Under the pieces are notes generated by a model. The model was not told the origin of the DNA, made no database searches, and saw only the letters and a list, made by a program, of their open reading frames with translations. A stretch of 64,000 bases of DNA from Gordius albopunctatus (taxonomy: Eukaryota), in NCBI GenBank assembly GCA_964276515.1, contig OZ193910.1:6634001-6698000 (forward strand), in the 5' to 3' direction. The position numbers and the translations under genes are program-made. Below are positions 11,501 to 26,100 of the stretch, one piece after another (the first letter of the stretch is position 1; the number at the start of each line of letters is the position of its first letter).

Positions 11501-14500
11501 AATGAAACTGTTTTGAGCTGTATAATTACTACCAACAATCAAAAAGTTAAATATTCCACGTAATGCGTCATCGATTACGACAAAATACACACATTTCGAT
11601 GCTCTCGCGTAAATTTTAAGTGATAAAATATGGGTGGGAAATAAAAAAGTAAGAATCTTGCCTGATTTATAAGCACAATTTTCGCTTTAAATCTACGGTT
11701 ACGACCATATCACGTTGAAAACACCGGTTCCCTTCCGAACACCGAAGTTAAGCAACGTTGAGCCCGGTTAGTACTTGGATGGGTGACCGCTTGGGAATCC
11801 CGGGTGTTGTAACCTTTTTAAATATTTTTTTGAATCCAGTTACGATCAAGGGCGATCCTTAGCACATATGGGACGCCGTAGGAATACATTTGTGAATTAA
11901 TTTTTAATTCTAGGCGCCATTTTATAGGAGATTTAGGGATTTTAGAGTATTTTGCGTCGGGCAGAATGCTAGGTGTCCGTCCTCAACGGAATTGGCGTAT
12001 AGCGTCTGAAAGGGAGTAAGTAAACCGAAAACGCGATAATGAAACTGTTTTGAGCTGTATAATTACTACCAACAATCAAAAAGTTAAATATTCCACGTAA
12101 TGCGTCATCGATTACGACAAAATACACACATTTCGATGCTCTCGCGTAAATTTTAAGTGATAAAATATGGGTGGGAAATAAAAAAGTAAGAATCTTGCCT
12201 GATTTATAAGCACAATTTTCGCTTTAAATCTACGGTTACGACCATATCACGTTGAAAACACCGGTTCCCTTCCGAACACCGAAGTTAAGCAACGTTGAGC
12301 CCGGTTAGTACTTGGATGGGTGACCGCTTGGGAATCCCGGGTGTTGTAACCTTTTTAAATATTTTTTTGAATCCAGTTACGATCAAGGGCGATCCTTAGC
12401 ACATAGGGGACGCCGTAGGAATACATTTGTGAATTAATTTTTAATTCTAGGCGCCATTTTATAGGAGATTTAGGGATTTAAGAGTATTTTGCGTCGGGCA
12501 GAATGCTAGGTGTCCGTCCTCAACGGAATTGGCGTATAGCGTCTGAAAGGGAGTAAATAAACCGAAAACGCGATAATGAAACTGTTTGGAGCTGTATAAT
12601 TACTACCAACAATCAAAAAGTTAAATATTCCACGTATTGCGTCACGGATTACGACAAAATACACACATTTCGATGCTCTCGCGTAAATTTTAAGTGATAA
12701 AATATGGGTGGGAAATAAAAAAGTAAGAATCTTGCCTGATTTATAAGCACAATTTTCGCTTTAAATCTACGGTTACGACCATATCACGTTGAAAACACCG
12801 GTTCCCTTCCGAACACCGAAGTTAAGCAACGTTGAGCCCGGTTAGTACTTGGATGGGTGACCGCTTGGGAATCCCGGGTGTTGTAACCTTTTTAAATATT
12901 TTTTTGAATCCAGTTACGATCAAGGGCGATCCTTAGCACATATGGGACGCCGTAGGAATACATTTGTGAATTAATTTTTAATTCTAGGCGCCATTTTAAG
13001 GGAGATTTAGGGATTTTAGAGTATTTTGCGTCGGGCAGAATGCTAGGTGTCCGTCCTCAACGGAATTGGCGTAGTGGCGTCTGAAAGGGAGTAAGTAAAC
13101 CGAGAACGCGATAATGAAACTGTTTCGAGCTGTATAATTACTACCAACAATCAAAAAGTTAAATATTCCACGTATTGTGTCACGGATTACGACAAAATAC
13201 ACACATTTCGATGCTCTCGCGTAAATTTTAAGTGATAAAATATGGGTGGGAAATAAAAAAGTAAGAATCTTGCCTGATTTATAAGCACAATTTTCGCTTT
13301 AAATCTACGGTTACGACCATATCACGTTGAAAACACCGGTTCCCTTCCGAACACCGAAGTTAAGCAACGTTGAGCCCGGTTAGTACTTGGATGGGTGACC
13401 GCTTGGGAATCCCGTGTGTTGTAACCTTTTTAAATATTTTTTTGAATCCAGTTACGATCAAGGGCGATCCTTAGAACATAGGGGACGCCGTAGGAATACA
13501 TTTGTGAATTGATTTTTAATTCTAGGCGCCATTTTATAGGAGATTTAGGGATTTTAGAGTATTTTGCGTCGGGCAGAATGCTAGGTGTCCGTCCTCAACG
13601 GAATTGGCGTATAGCGTCTGAAAGGGAGTAAGTAAACCGAAAACGCGATAATGAAACTGTTTTGAGCTGTATAATTACTACCAACAATCAAAAAGTTAAA
13701 TATTCCACGTAATGCGTCATCGATTACGACAAAATACACACATTTCGATGCTCTCGCGTAAATTTTAAGTGATAAAATATGGGTGGGAAATAAAAAAGTA
13801 AGAATCTTGCCTGATTTATAAGCACAATTTTCGCTTTAAATCTACGGTTACGACCATATCACGTTGAAAACACCGGTTCCCTTCCGAACACCGAAGTTAA
13901 GCAACGTTGAGCCCGGTTAGTACTTGGATGGGTGACCGCTTGGGAATCCCGGGTGTTGTAACCTTTTTAAATATTTTTTTGAATCCAGTTACGATCAAGG
14001 GCGATCCTTAGCACATATGGGACGCCGTAGGAATACATTTGTGAATTAATTTTTAATTCTAGGCGCCATTTTATAGGAGATTTAGGGATTTTAGAGTATT
14101 TTGCGTCGGGCAGAATGCTAGGTGTCCGTCCTCAACGGAATTGGCGTATAGCGTCTGAAAGGGAGTAAGTAAACCGAAAACGCGATAATGAAACTGTTTT
14201 GAGCTGTATAATTACTACCAACAATCAAAAAGTTAAATATTCCACGTAATGCGTCATCGATTACGACAAAATACACACATTTCGATGCTCTCGCGTAAAT
14301 TTTAAGTGATAAAATATGGGTGGGAAATAAAAAAGTAAGAATCTTGCCTGATTTATAAGCACAATTTTCGCTTTAAATCTACGGTTACGACCATATCACG
14401 TTGAAAACACCGGTTCCCTTCCGAACACCGAAGTTAAGCAACGTTGAGCCCGGTTAGTACTTGGATGGGTGACCGCTTGGGAATCCCGGGTGTTGTAACC

Positions 14501-17067
14501 TTTTTAAATATTTTTTTGAATCCAGTTACGATCAAGTGCGATCCTTAGCACATAGGGGACGCCGTAGGAATACATTTGTGAATTAATTTTTAATTCTAGG
14601 CGCCATTTTAAGGGAGATTTAGGGATTTTAGAGTATTTTGCGTCGGGCAGAATGCTAGGTGTCCGTCCTCAACGGAATTGCCGTATAGCGTCTGAAAGGG
14701 AGTAAGTAAACCGAAAACGCGATAATGAAACTGTTTTGAGCTGTATAATTACTACCAACAATCAAAAAGTTAAATATTCCACGTAATGCGTCATCGATTA
14801 CGACAAAATACACACATTTCGATGCTCTCGCGTAAATTTTAAGTGATAAAATATGGGTGGGAAATAAAAAAGTAAGAATCTTGCCTGATTTATAAGCACA
14901 ATTTTCGCTTTAAATCTACGGTTACGACCATATCACGTTGAAAACACCGGTTCCATTCAGAACACCGAAGTTAAGCAACGTTGAGCCCGGTTAGTACTTG
15001 GATGGGTGACCGCTTGGGAATCCCGTGTGTTGTAACCTTTTTAAATATTTTTTTGAATCCAGTTACGATCAAGGGCGATCCTTAGAACATAGGGGACGCC
15101 GTAGGAATACATTTGTGAATTGATTTTTAATTCTAGGCGCCATTTTATAGGAGATTTAGGGATTTTAGAGTATTTTGCGTCGGGCAGAATGCTAGGTGTC
15201 CGTCCTCAACGGAATTGGCGTATAGCGTCTGAAAGGGAGTAAGTAAACCGAGAACGCGATAATGAAACTGTTTCGAGCTGTATAATTACTACCAACAATC
15301 AAAAAGTTAAATATTCCACGTATTGCGTCACGGATTACGACAAAATACACACATTTCGATGCTCTCGCGTAAATTTTAAGTGATAAAATATGGGTGGGAA
15401 ATAAAAAAGTAAGAATCTTGCCTGATTTATAAGCACAATTTTCGCTTTAAATCTACGGTTACGACCATATCACGTTGAAAACACCGGTTCCCTTCCGAAC
15501 ACCGAAGTTAAGCAACGTTGAGCCCGGTTAGTACTTGGATGGGTGACCGCTTGGGAATCCCGGGTGTTGTAACCTTTTTAAATATTTTTTTGAATCCAGT
15601 TACGATCAAGGGCGATCCTTAGCACATAGGGGACGCCGTAGGAATACATTTGTGAATTAATTTTTAATTCTAGGCGCCATTTTATAGGAGATTTAGGGAT
15701 TTTAGAGTATTTTGCGTCGGGCAGAATGCTAGGTGTCCGTCCTCAACGGAATTGGCGTATAGCGTCTGAAAGGGAGTAAGTAAACCGAAAACGCGATAAT
15801 GAAACTGTTTTGAGCTGTATAATTACTACCAACAATCAAAAAGTTAAATATTCCACGTAATGCGTCATCGATTACGACAAAATACACACATTTCGATGCT
15901 CTCGCGTAAATTTTAAGTGATAAAATATGGGTGGGAAATAAAAAAGTAAGAATCTTGCCTGATTTATAAGCACAATTTTCGCTTTAAATCTACGGTTACG
16001 ACCATATCACGTTGAAAACACCGGTTCCCTTCCGAACACCGAAGTTAAGCAACGTTGAGCCCGGTTAGTACTTGGATGGGTGACCGCTTGGGAATCCCGG
16101 GTGTTGTAACCTTTTTAAATATTTTTTTGAATCCAGTTACGATCAAGGGCGATCCTTAGCACATATGGGACGCCGTAGGAATACATTTGTGAATTAATTT
16201 TTAATTCTAGGCGCCATTTTAAGGGAGATTTAGGGATTTTAGAGTATTTTGCGTCGGGCAGAATGCTAGGTGTCCGTCCTCAACGGAATTGGCGTAGTGG
16301 CGTCTGAAAGGGAGTAAGTAAACCGAGAACGCGATAATGAAACTGTTTCGAGCTGTATAATTACTACCAACAATCAAAAAGTTAAATATTCCACGTAATG
16401 CGTCATCGATTACGACAAAATACACACATTTCGATGCTCTCGCGTAAATTTTAAGTGATAAAATATGGGTGGGAAATAAAAAAGTAAGAATCTTGCCTGA
16501 TTTATAAGCACAATTTTCGCTTTAAATCTACGGTTACGACCATATCACGTTGAAAACACCGGTTCCCTTCAGAACACCGAAGTTAAGCAACGTTAGCCCG
16601 GTTAGTACTTGGATGGGTGACCGCTTGGGAATCCCGGGTGTTGTAACCTTTTAAAATATTTTTTTGAATCCAGTTACGATCAAGTGCGATCCTTAGCACA
16701 TAGGGGACGCCGTAGGAATACATTTGTGAATTAATTTTTAATTCTAGGCGCCATTTTAAGGGAGATTTAGGGATTTTAGAGTATTTTGCGTCGGGCAGAA
16801 TGCTAGGTGTCCGTCCTCAACGGAATTGCCGTATAGCGTCTGAAAGGGAGTAAGTAAACCGAAAACGCGATAATGAAACTGTTTTGAGCTGTATAATTAC
16901 TACCAACAATCAAAAAGTTAAATATTCCACGTATTGCGTCACGGATTACGACAAAATACACACATTTCGATGCTCTCGCGTAAATTTTAAGTGATAAAAT
17001 ATGGGTGGGAAATAAAAAAGTAAGAATCTTGCCTGATTTATAAGCACAATTTTCGCTTTAAATCTAC

Positions 17068-17186
17068 GGTTACGACCATATCACTTTGAAAACACCGGTT
17101 CCATTCAGAACACCGAAGTTAAGCAACGTTGAGCCCAGATATTACTTGGATGGGTGACCGCTTGGGAATCCCGGGTGTTGTAACCT
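17068..17186 (+). pseudogene. Multiply mutated 5S copy (G18T, C36A, C40A, G70A, T72A, G75T)
   Basis: TCACTTTG, TTCCATTCAGAAC, CCCAGATATTAC. The loop-E AGTA motif is destroyed. Confidence 0.7.
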
Positions 17187-20100
17187 TTTAAAATATTTTT
17201 TTGAATCCAGTTACGATCAAGTGCGATCCTTAGCACATAGGGGACGCCGTAGGAATACATTTGTGAATTAATTTTTAATTCTAGGCGCCATTTTAAGGGA
17301 GATTTAGGGATTTTAGAGTATTTTGCGTCGGGCAGAATGCTAGGTGTCCGTCCTCAACGGAATTGGCGTATAGCGTCTGAAAGGGAGTAAGTAAACCGAA
17401 AACGCGATAATGAAACTGTTTTGAGCTGTATAATTACTACCAACAATCAAAAAGTTAAATATTCCACGTATTGCGTCACGGATTACGACAAAATACACAC
17501 ATTTCGATGCTCTCGCGTAAATTTTAAGTGATAAAATATGGGTGGGAAATAAAAAAGTAAGAATCTTGCCTGATTTATAAGCACAATTTTCGCTTTAAAT
17601 CTACGGTTACGACCATATCACGTTGAAAACACCGGTTCCCTTCCGAACACCGAAGTTAAGCAACGTTGAGCCCGGTTAGTACTTGGATGGGTGACCGCTT
17701 GGGAATCCCGGGTGTTGTAACCTTTTTAAATATTTTTTTGAATCCAGTTACGATCAAGGGCGATCCTTAGAACATAGGGGACGCCGTAGGAATACATTTG
17801 TGAATTGATTTTTAATTCTAGGCGCCATTTTATAGGAGATTTAGGGATTTTAGAGTATTTTGCGTCGGGCAGAATGCTAGGTGTCCGTCCTCAACGGAAT
17901 TGGCGTATAGCGTCTGAAAGGGAGTAAGTAAACCGAAAACGCGATAATGAAACTGTTTTGAGCTGTATAATTACTACCAACAATCAAAAAGTTAAATATT
18001 CCACGTATTGCGTCACGGATTACGACAAAATACACACATTTCGATGCTCTCGCGTAAATTTTAAGTGATAAAATATGGGTGGGAAATAAAAAAGTAAGAA
18101 TCTTGCCTGATTTATAAGCACAATTTTCGCTTTAAATCTACGGTTACGACCATATCACGTTGAAAACACCGGTTCCCTTCCGAACACCGAAGTTAAGCAA
18201 CGTTGAGCCCGGTTAGTACTTGGATGGGTGACCGCTTGGGAATCCCGGGTGTTGTAACCTTTTTAAATATTTTTTTGAATCCAGTTACGATCAAGAGCGA
18301 TCCTTAGCACATAGGGGACGCCGTAGGAATACATTTGTGAATTAATTTTTAATTCTAGGCGCCATTTTATAGGAGATTCAGGGATTTTAGAGTATTTTGC
18401 GTCGGGCAGAATGCTAGGTGTCCGTCCTCAACGGAATTGGCGTATAGCGTCTGAAAGGGAGTAAGTAAACCGAAAACGCGATAATGAAACTGTTTCGAGC
18501 TGTATAATTACTACCAACAATCAAAAAGTTAAATATTCCACGTATTGCGTCATCGATTACGACAAAATACATACATTTCGATGCTCTCGCGTAAATTTTA
18601 AGTGATAAAATATGGGTGGGAAATAAAAAAGTAACAATCTTGCCTGATTTATAAGCACAATTTTCGCTTTAAATCTACGGTTACGACCATATCACGTTGA
18701 AAACACCGGTTCCCTTCCGAACACCGAAGTTAAGCAACGTTGAGCCCGGTTAGTACTTGGATGGGTGACCGCTTGGGAATCCCGGGTGTTGTAACCTTTT
18801 TAAATATTTTTTTGAATCCAGTTACGATCAAGTGCGATCCTTAGCACATAGGGGACGCCGTAGGAATACATTTGTGAATTAATTTTTAATTCTAGGCGCC
18901 ATTTTATAGGAGATTCAGGGATTTTAGAGTATTTTGCGTCGGGCAGAATGCTAGGTGTCCGTCCTCAACGGAATTGCCGTATAGCGTCTGAAAGGGAGTA
19001 AGTAAACCGAAAACGCGATAATGAAACTGTTTTGAGCTGTATAATTACTACCAACAATCAAAAAGTTAAATATTCCACGTAATGCGTCATCGATTACGAC
19101 AAAATACACACATTTCGATGCTCTCGCGTAAATTTTAAGTGATAAAATATGGGTGGGAAATAAAAAAGTAACAATCTTGCCTGATTTATAAGCACAATTT
19201 TCGCTTTAAATCTACGGTTACGACCATATCACGTTGAAAACACCGGTTCCCTTCCGAACACCGAAGTTAAGCAACGTTGAGCCCAGATATTACTTGGATG
19301 GGTGACCGCTTGGGAATCCCGGGTGTTGTAACCTTTTAAAATATTTTTTTGAATCCAGTTACGATCAAGAGCGATCCTTAGCACATAGGGGACGCCGTAG
19401 GAATACATTTGTGAATTAATTTTTAATTCTAGGCGCCATTTTATAGGAGATTCAGGGATTTTAGAGTATTTTGCGTCGGGCAGAATGCTAGGTGTCCGTC
19501 CTCAACGGAATTGGCGTATAGCGTCTGAAAGGGAGTAAGTAAACCGAAAACGCGATAATGAAACTGTTTCGAGCTGTATAATTACTACCAACAATCAAAA
19601 AGTTAAATATTCCACGTATTGCGTCATCGATTACGACAAAATACATACATTTCGATGCTCTCGCGTAAATTTTAAGTGATAAAATATGGGTGGGAAATAA
19701 AAAAGTAAGAATCTTGCCTGATTTATAAGCACAATTTTCGCTTTAAATCTACGGTTACGACCATATCACTTTGAAAACACCGGTTCCCTTCCGAACACCG
19801 AAGTTAAGCAACGTTGAGCCCGGTTAGTACTTGGATGGGTGACCGCTTGGGAATCCCGGGTGTTGTAACCTTTTTAAATATTTTTTTGAATCCAGTTACG
19901 ATCAAGGGCGATCCTTAGCACATAGGGGACGCCGTAGGAATACATTTGTGAATTAATTTTTAATTCTAGGCGCCATTTTATAGGAGATTCAGGGATTTTA
20001 GAGTATTTTGCGTCGGGCAGAATGCTAGGTGTCCGTCCTCAACGGAATTGGCGTATAGCGTCTGAAAGGGAGTAAGTAAACCGAAAACGCGATAATGAAA

Positions 20101-23100
20101 CTGTTTCGAGCTGTATAATTACTACCAACAATCAAAAAGTTAAATATTCCACGTATTGCGTCATCGATTACGACAAAATACATACATTTCGATGCTCTCG
20201 CGTAAATTTTAAGTGATAAAATATGGGTGGGAAATAAAAAAGTAACAATCTTGCCTGATTTATAAGCACAATTTTCGCTTTAAATCTACGGTTACGACCA
20301 TATCACGTTGAAAACACCGGTTCCCTTCCGAACACCGAAGTTAAGCAACGTTGAGCCCGGTTAGTACTTGGATGGGTGACCGCTTGGGAATCCCGGGTGT
20401 TGTAACCTTTTTAAATATTTTTTTGAATCCAGTTACGATCAAGTGCGATCCTTAGCACATAGGGGACGCCGTAGGAATACATTTGTGAATTAATTTTTAA
20501 TTCTAGGCGCCATTTTAAGGGAGATTTAGGGATTTTAGAGTATTTTGCGTCGGGCAGAATGCTAGGTGTCCGTCCTCAACGGAATTGGCGTAGTGGCGTC
20601 TGAAAGGGAGTAAGTAAACCGAGAACGCGATAATGAAACTGTTTCGAGCTGTATAATTACTACCAACAATCAAAAAGTTAAATATTCCACGTATTGCGTC
20701 ACGGATTACGACAAAATACACACATTTCGATGCTCTCGCGTAAATTTTAAGTGATAAAATATGGGTGGGAAATAAAAAAGTAAGAATCTTGCCGGATTTA
20801 TAAGCACAATTTTCGCTTTAAATCTACGGTTACGACCATATCACGTTGAAAACACCGGTTCCCTTCCGAACACAGAAGTTAAGCAACGTTGAGCCCGGTT
20901 AGTACTTGGTTGGGTGACCGCTTGGGAATCCCGGGTGTTGTAACCTTTTGAAATATTTTTTCGAATCCAGTTACGATCAGGGGCGATCCTTAGCACATAG
21001 GGGACGCCGTAGGAATACATTTGTGAATTAATTTTTAATTCTAGGCGCCATTTTATAGTAGATTTAGGGATTTTAGAGTATTTTGCGTCGGGCAGAATGC
21101 TAGGTGTCCGTCCTCAACGGAATTGGCGTATAGCGTCTGAAAGGGAGTAAGTAAACCGAAAACGCGATAATGAAACTGTTTCGAGCTGTATAATTACTAC
21201 CAACAATCAAAAAGTTAAATATTCCACGTAATGCGTCATCGATTACGACAAAATACACACATTTCGATGCTCTCGCGTAAATTTTAAGTGATAAAATATG
21301 GGTGGGAAATAAAAAAGTAAGAATCTTGCCTGATTTATAAGCACAATTTTCGCTTTAAATCTACGGTTACGACCATATCACTTTGAAAACACCGGTTCCC
21401 TTCCGAACACCGAAGTTAAGCAACGTTGAGCCCGGTTAGTACTTGGATGGGTGACCGCTTGGGAATCCCGGGTGTTGTAACCTTTTTAAATATTTTTTTG
21501 AATCCAGTTACGATCAAGGGCGATCCTTAGCACATAGGGGACGCCGTAGGGATACATTTGTGAATTAATTTTTAATTCTAGGCGCCATTTTATAGGAGAT
21601 TTAGGGATTTTAGAGTATTTTGCGTCGGGCAGAATGCTAGGTGTCCGTCCTCAACGGAATTGGCGTATAGCGTCTGAAAGGGAGTAAGTAAACCGAAAAC
21701 GCGATAATGAAACTGTTTTGAGCTGTATAATTACTACCAACAATCAAAAAGTTAAATATTCCACGTAATGCGTCATCGATTACGACAAAATACACACATT
21801 TCGATGCTCTCGCGTAAATTTTAAGTGATAAAATATGGGTGGGAAATAAAAAAGTAAGAATCTTGCCTGATTTATAAGCACAATTTTCGCTTTAAATCTA
21901 CGGTTACGACCATATCACGTTGAAAACACCGGTTCCCTTCCGAACACCGAAGTTAAGCAACGTTGAGCCCGGTTAGTACTTGGATGGGTGACCGCTTGGG
22001 AATCCCGGGTGTTGTAACCTTTTTAAATATTTTTTTGAATCCAGTTACGATCAAGGGCGATCCTTAGCACATAGGGGACGCCGTAGGAATACATTTGTGA
22101 ATTAATTTTTAATTCTAGGCGCCATTTTATAGGAGATTTAGGGATTTAAGAGTATTTTGCGTCGGGCAGAATGCTAGGTGTCCGTCCTCAACGGAATTGG
22201 CGTATAGCGTCTGAAAGGGAGTAAATAAACCGAAAACGCGATAATGAAACTGTTTGGAGCTGTATAATTACTACCAACAATCAAAAAGTTAAATATTCCA
22301 CGTATTGCGTCACGGATTACGACAAAATACACACATTTCGATGCTCTCGCGTAAATTTTAAGTGATAAAATATGGGTGGGAAATAAAAAAGTAAGAATCT
22401 TGCCTGATTTATAAGCACAATTTTCGCTTTAAATCTACGGTTACGACCATATCACGTTGAAAACACCGGTTCCCTTCCGAACACCGAAGTTAAGCAACGT
22501 TGAGCCCGGTTAGTACTTGGATGGGTGACCGCTTGGGAATCCCGGGTGTTGTAACCTTTTTAAATATTTTTTTGAATCCAGTTACGATCAAGGGCGATCC
22601 TTAGCACATATGGGACGCCGTAGGAATACATTTGTGAATTAATTTTTAATTCTAGGCGCCATTTTAAGGGAGATTTAGGGATTTTAGAGTATTTTGCGTC
22701 GGGCAGAATGCTAGGTGTCCGTCCTCAACGGAATTGGCGTAGTGGCGTCTGAAAGGGAGTAAGTAAACCGAGAACGCGATAATGAAACTGTTTCGAGCTG
22801 TATAATTACTACCAACAATCAAAAAGTTAAATATTCCACGTATTGCGTCACGGATTACGACAAAATACACACATTTCGATGCTCTCGCGTAAATTTTAAG
22901 TGATAAAATATGGGTGGGAAATAAAAAAGTAAGAATCTTGCCTGATTTATAAGCACAATTTTCGCTTTAAATCTACGGTTACGACCATATCACGTTGAAA
23001 ACACCGGTTCCCTTCCGAACACCGAAGTTAAGCAACGTTGAGCCCGGTTAGTACTTGGATGGGTGACCGCTTGGGAATCCCGTGTGTTGTAACCTTTTTA

Positions 23101-26100
23101 AATATTTTTTTGAATCCAGTTACGATCAAGGGCGATCCTTAGAACATAGGGGACGCCGTAGGAATACATTTGTGAATTGATTTTTAATTCTAGGCGCCAT
23201 TTTATAGGAGATTTAGGGATTTTAGAGTATTTTGCGTCGGGCAGAATGCTAGGTGTCCGTCCTCAACGGAATTGGCGTATAGCGTCTGAAAGGGAGTAAG
23301 TAAACCGAAAACGCGATAATGAAACTGTTTCGAGCTGTATAATTACTACCAACAATCAAAAAGTTAAATATTCCACGTATTGCGTCATCGATTACGACAA
23401 AATACATACATTTCGATGCTCTCGCGTAAATTTTAAGTGATAAAATATGGGTGGGAAATAAAAAAGTAACAATCTTGCCTGATTTATAAGCACAATTTTC
23501 GCTTAAAATCTACGGTTACGACCATATCACGTTGAAAACACCGGTTCCCTTCCGAACACCGAAGTTAAGCAACGTTGAGCCCGGTTAGTACTTGGATGGG
23601 TGACCGCTTGGGAATCCCGGGTGTTGTAACCTTTTTAAATATTTTTTTGAATCCAGTTACGATCAAGTGCGATCCTTAGCACATAGGGGACGCCGTAGGA
23701 ATACATTTGTGAATTAATTTTTAATTCTAGGCGCCATTTTAAGGGAGATTTAGGGATTTTAGAGTATTTTGCGTCGGGCAGAATGCTAGGTGTCCGTCCT
23801 CAACGGAATTGGCGTAGTGGCGTCTGAAAGGGAGTAAGTAAACCGAGAACGCGATAATGAAACTGTTTCGAGCTGTATAATTACTACCAACAATCAAAAA
23901 GTTAAATATTCCACGTATTGCGTCACGGATTACGACAAAATACACACATTTCGATGCTCTCGCGTAAATTTTAAGTGATAAAATATGGGTGGGAAATAAA
24001 AAAGTAAGAATCTTGCCGGATTTATAAGCACAATTTTCGCTTTAAATCTACGGTTACGACCATATCACGTTGAAAACACCGGTTCCCTTCCGAACACAGA
24101 AGTTAAGCAACGTTGAGCCCGGTTAGTACTTGGTTGGGTGACCGCTTGGGAATCCCGGGTGTTGTAACCTTTTGAAATATTTTTTCAAATCCAGTTACGA
24201 TCAGGGGCGATCCTTAGCACATAGGGGACGCCGTAGGAATACATTTGTGAATTAATTTTTAATTCTAGGCGCCATTTTATAGTAGATTTAGGGATTTTAG
24301 AGTATTTTGCGTCGGGCAGAATGCTAGGTGTCCGTCCTCAACGGAATTGGCGTATAGCGTCTGAAAGGGAGTAAGTAAACCGAAAACGCGATAATGAAAC
24401 TGTTTCGAGCTGTATAATTACTACCAACAATCAAAAAGTTAAATATTCCACGTAATGCGTCATCGATTACGACAAAATACACACATTTCGATGCTCTCGC
24501 GTAAATTTTAAGTGATAAAATATGGGTGGGAAATAAAAAAGTAAGAATCTTGCCTGATTTATAAGCACAATTTTCGCTTTAAATCTACGGTTACGACCAT
24601 ATCACTTTGAAAACACCGGTTCCCTTCCGAACACCGAAGTTAAGCAACGTTGAGCCCGGTTAGTACTTGGATGGGTGACCGCTTGGGAATCCCGGGTGTT
24701 GTAACCTTTTAAAATATTTTTTTGAATCCAGTTACGATCAAGTGCGATCCTTAGCACATAGGGGACGCCGTAGGAATACATTTGTGAATTAATTTTTAAT
24801 TCTAGGCGCCATTTTAAGGGAGATTTAGGGATTTTAGAGTATTTTGCGTCGGGCAGAATGCTAGGTGTCCGTCCTCAACGGAATTGCCGTATAGCGTCTG
24901 AAAGGGAGTAAGTAAACCGAAAACGCGATAATGAAACTGTTTCGAGCTGTATAATTACTACCAACAATCAAAAAGTTAAATATTCCACGTATTGCGTCAT
25001 TGATTACGACAAAATACATACATTTCGATGCTCTCGCGTAAATTTTAAGTGATAAAATATGGGTGGGAAATAAAAAAGTAACAATCTTGCCTGATTTATA
25101 AGCACAATTTTCGCTTAAAATCTACGGTTACGACCATATCACGTTGAAAACACCGGTTCCCTTCCGAACACCGAAGTTAAGCAACGTTGAGCCCGGTTAG
25201 TACTTGGATGGGTGACCGCTTGGGAATCCCGGGTGTTGTAACCTTTTTAAATATTTTTTTGAATCCAGTTACGATCAAGTGCGATCCTTAGCACATAGGG
25301 GACGCCGTAGGAATACATTTGTGAATTAATTTTTAATTCTAGGCGCCATTTTAAGGGAGATTTAGGGATTTTAGAGTATTTTGCGTCGGGCAGAATGCTA
25401 GGTGTCCGTCCTCAACGGAATTGGCGTAGTGGCGTCTGAAAGGGAGTAAGTAAACCGAGAACGCGATAATGAAACTGTTTCGAGCTGTATAATTACTACC
25501 AACAATCAAAAAGTTAAATATTCCACGTATTGCGTCACGGATTACGACAAAATACACACATTTCGATGCTCTCGCGTAAATTTTAAGTGATAAAATATGG
25601 GTGGGAAATAAAAAAGTAAGAATCTTGCCGGATTTATAAGCACAATTTTCGCTTTAAATCTACGGTTACGACCATATCACGTTGAAAACACCGGTTCCCT
25701 TCCGAACACAGAAGTTAAGCAACGTTGAGCCCGGTTAGTACTTGGTTGGGTGACCGCTTGGGAATCCCGGGTGTTGTAACCTTTTGAAATATTTTTTCGA
25801 ATCCAGTTACGATCAGGGGCGATCCTTAGCACATAGGGGACGCCGTAGGAATACATTTGTGAATTAATTTTTAATTCTAGGCGCCATTTTATAGTAGATT
25901 TAGGGATTTTAGAGTATTTTGCGTCGGGCAGAATGCTAGGTGTCCGTCCTCAACGGAATTGGCGTATAGCGTCTGAAAGGGAGTAAGTAAACCGAAAACG
26001 CGATAATGAAACTGTTTCGAGCTGTATAATTACTACCAACAATCAAAAAGTTAAATATTCCACGTAATGCGTCATCGATTACGACAAAATACACACATTT

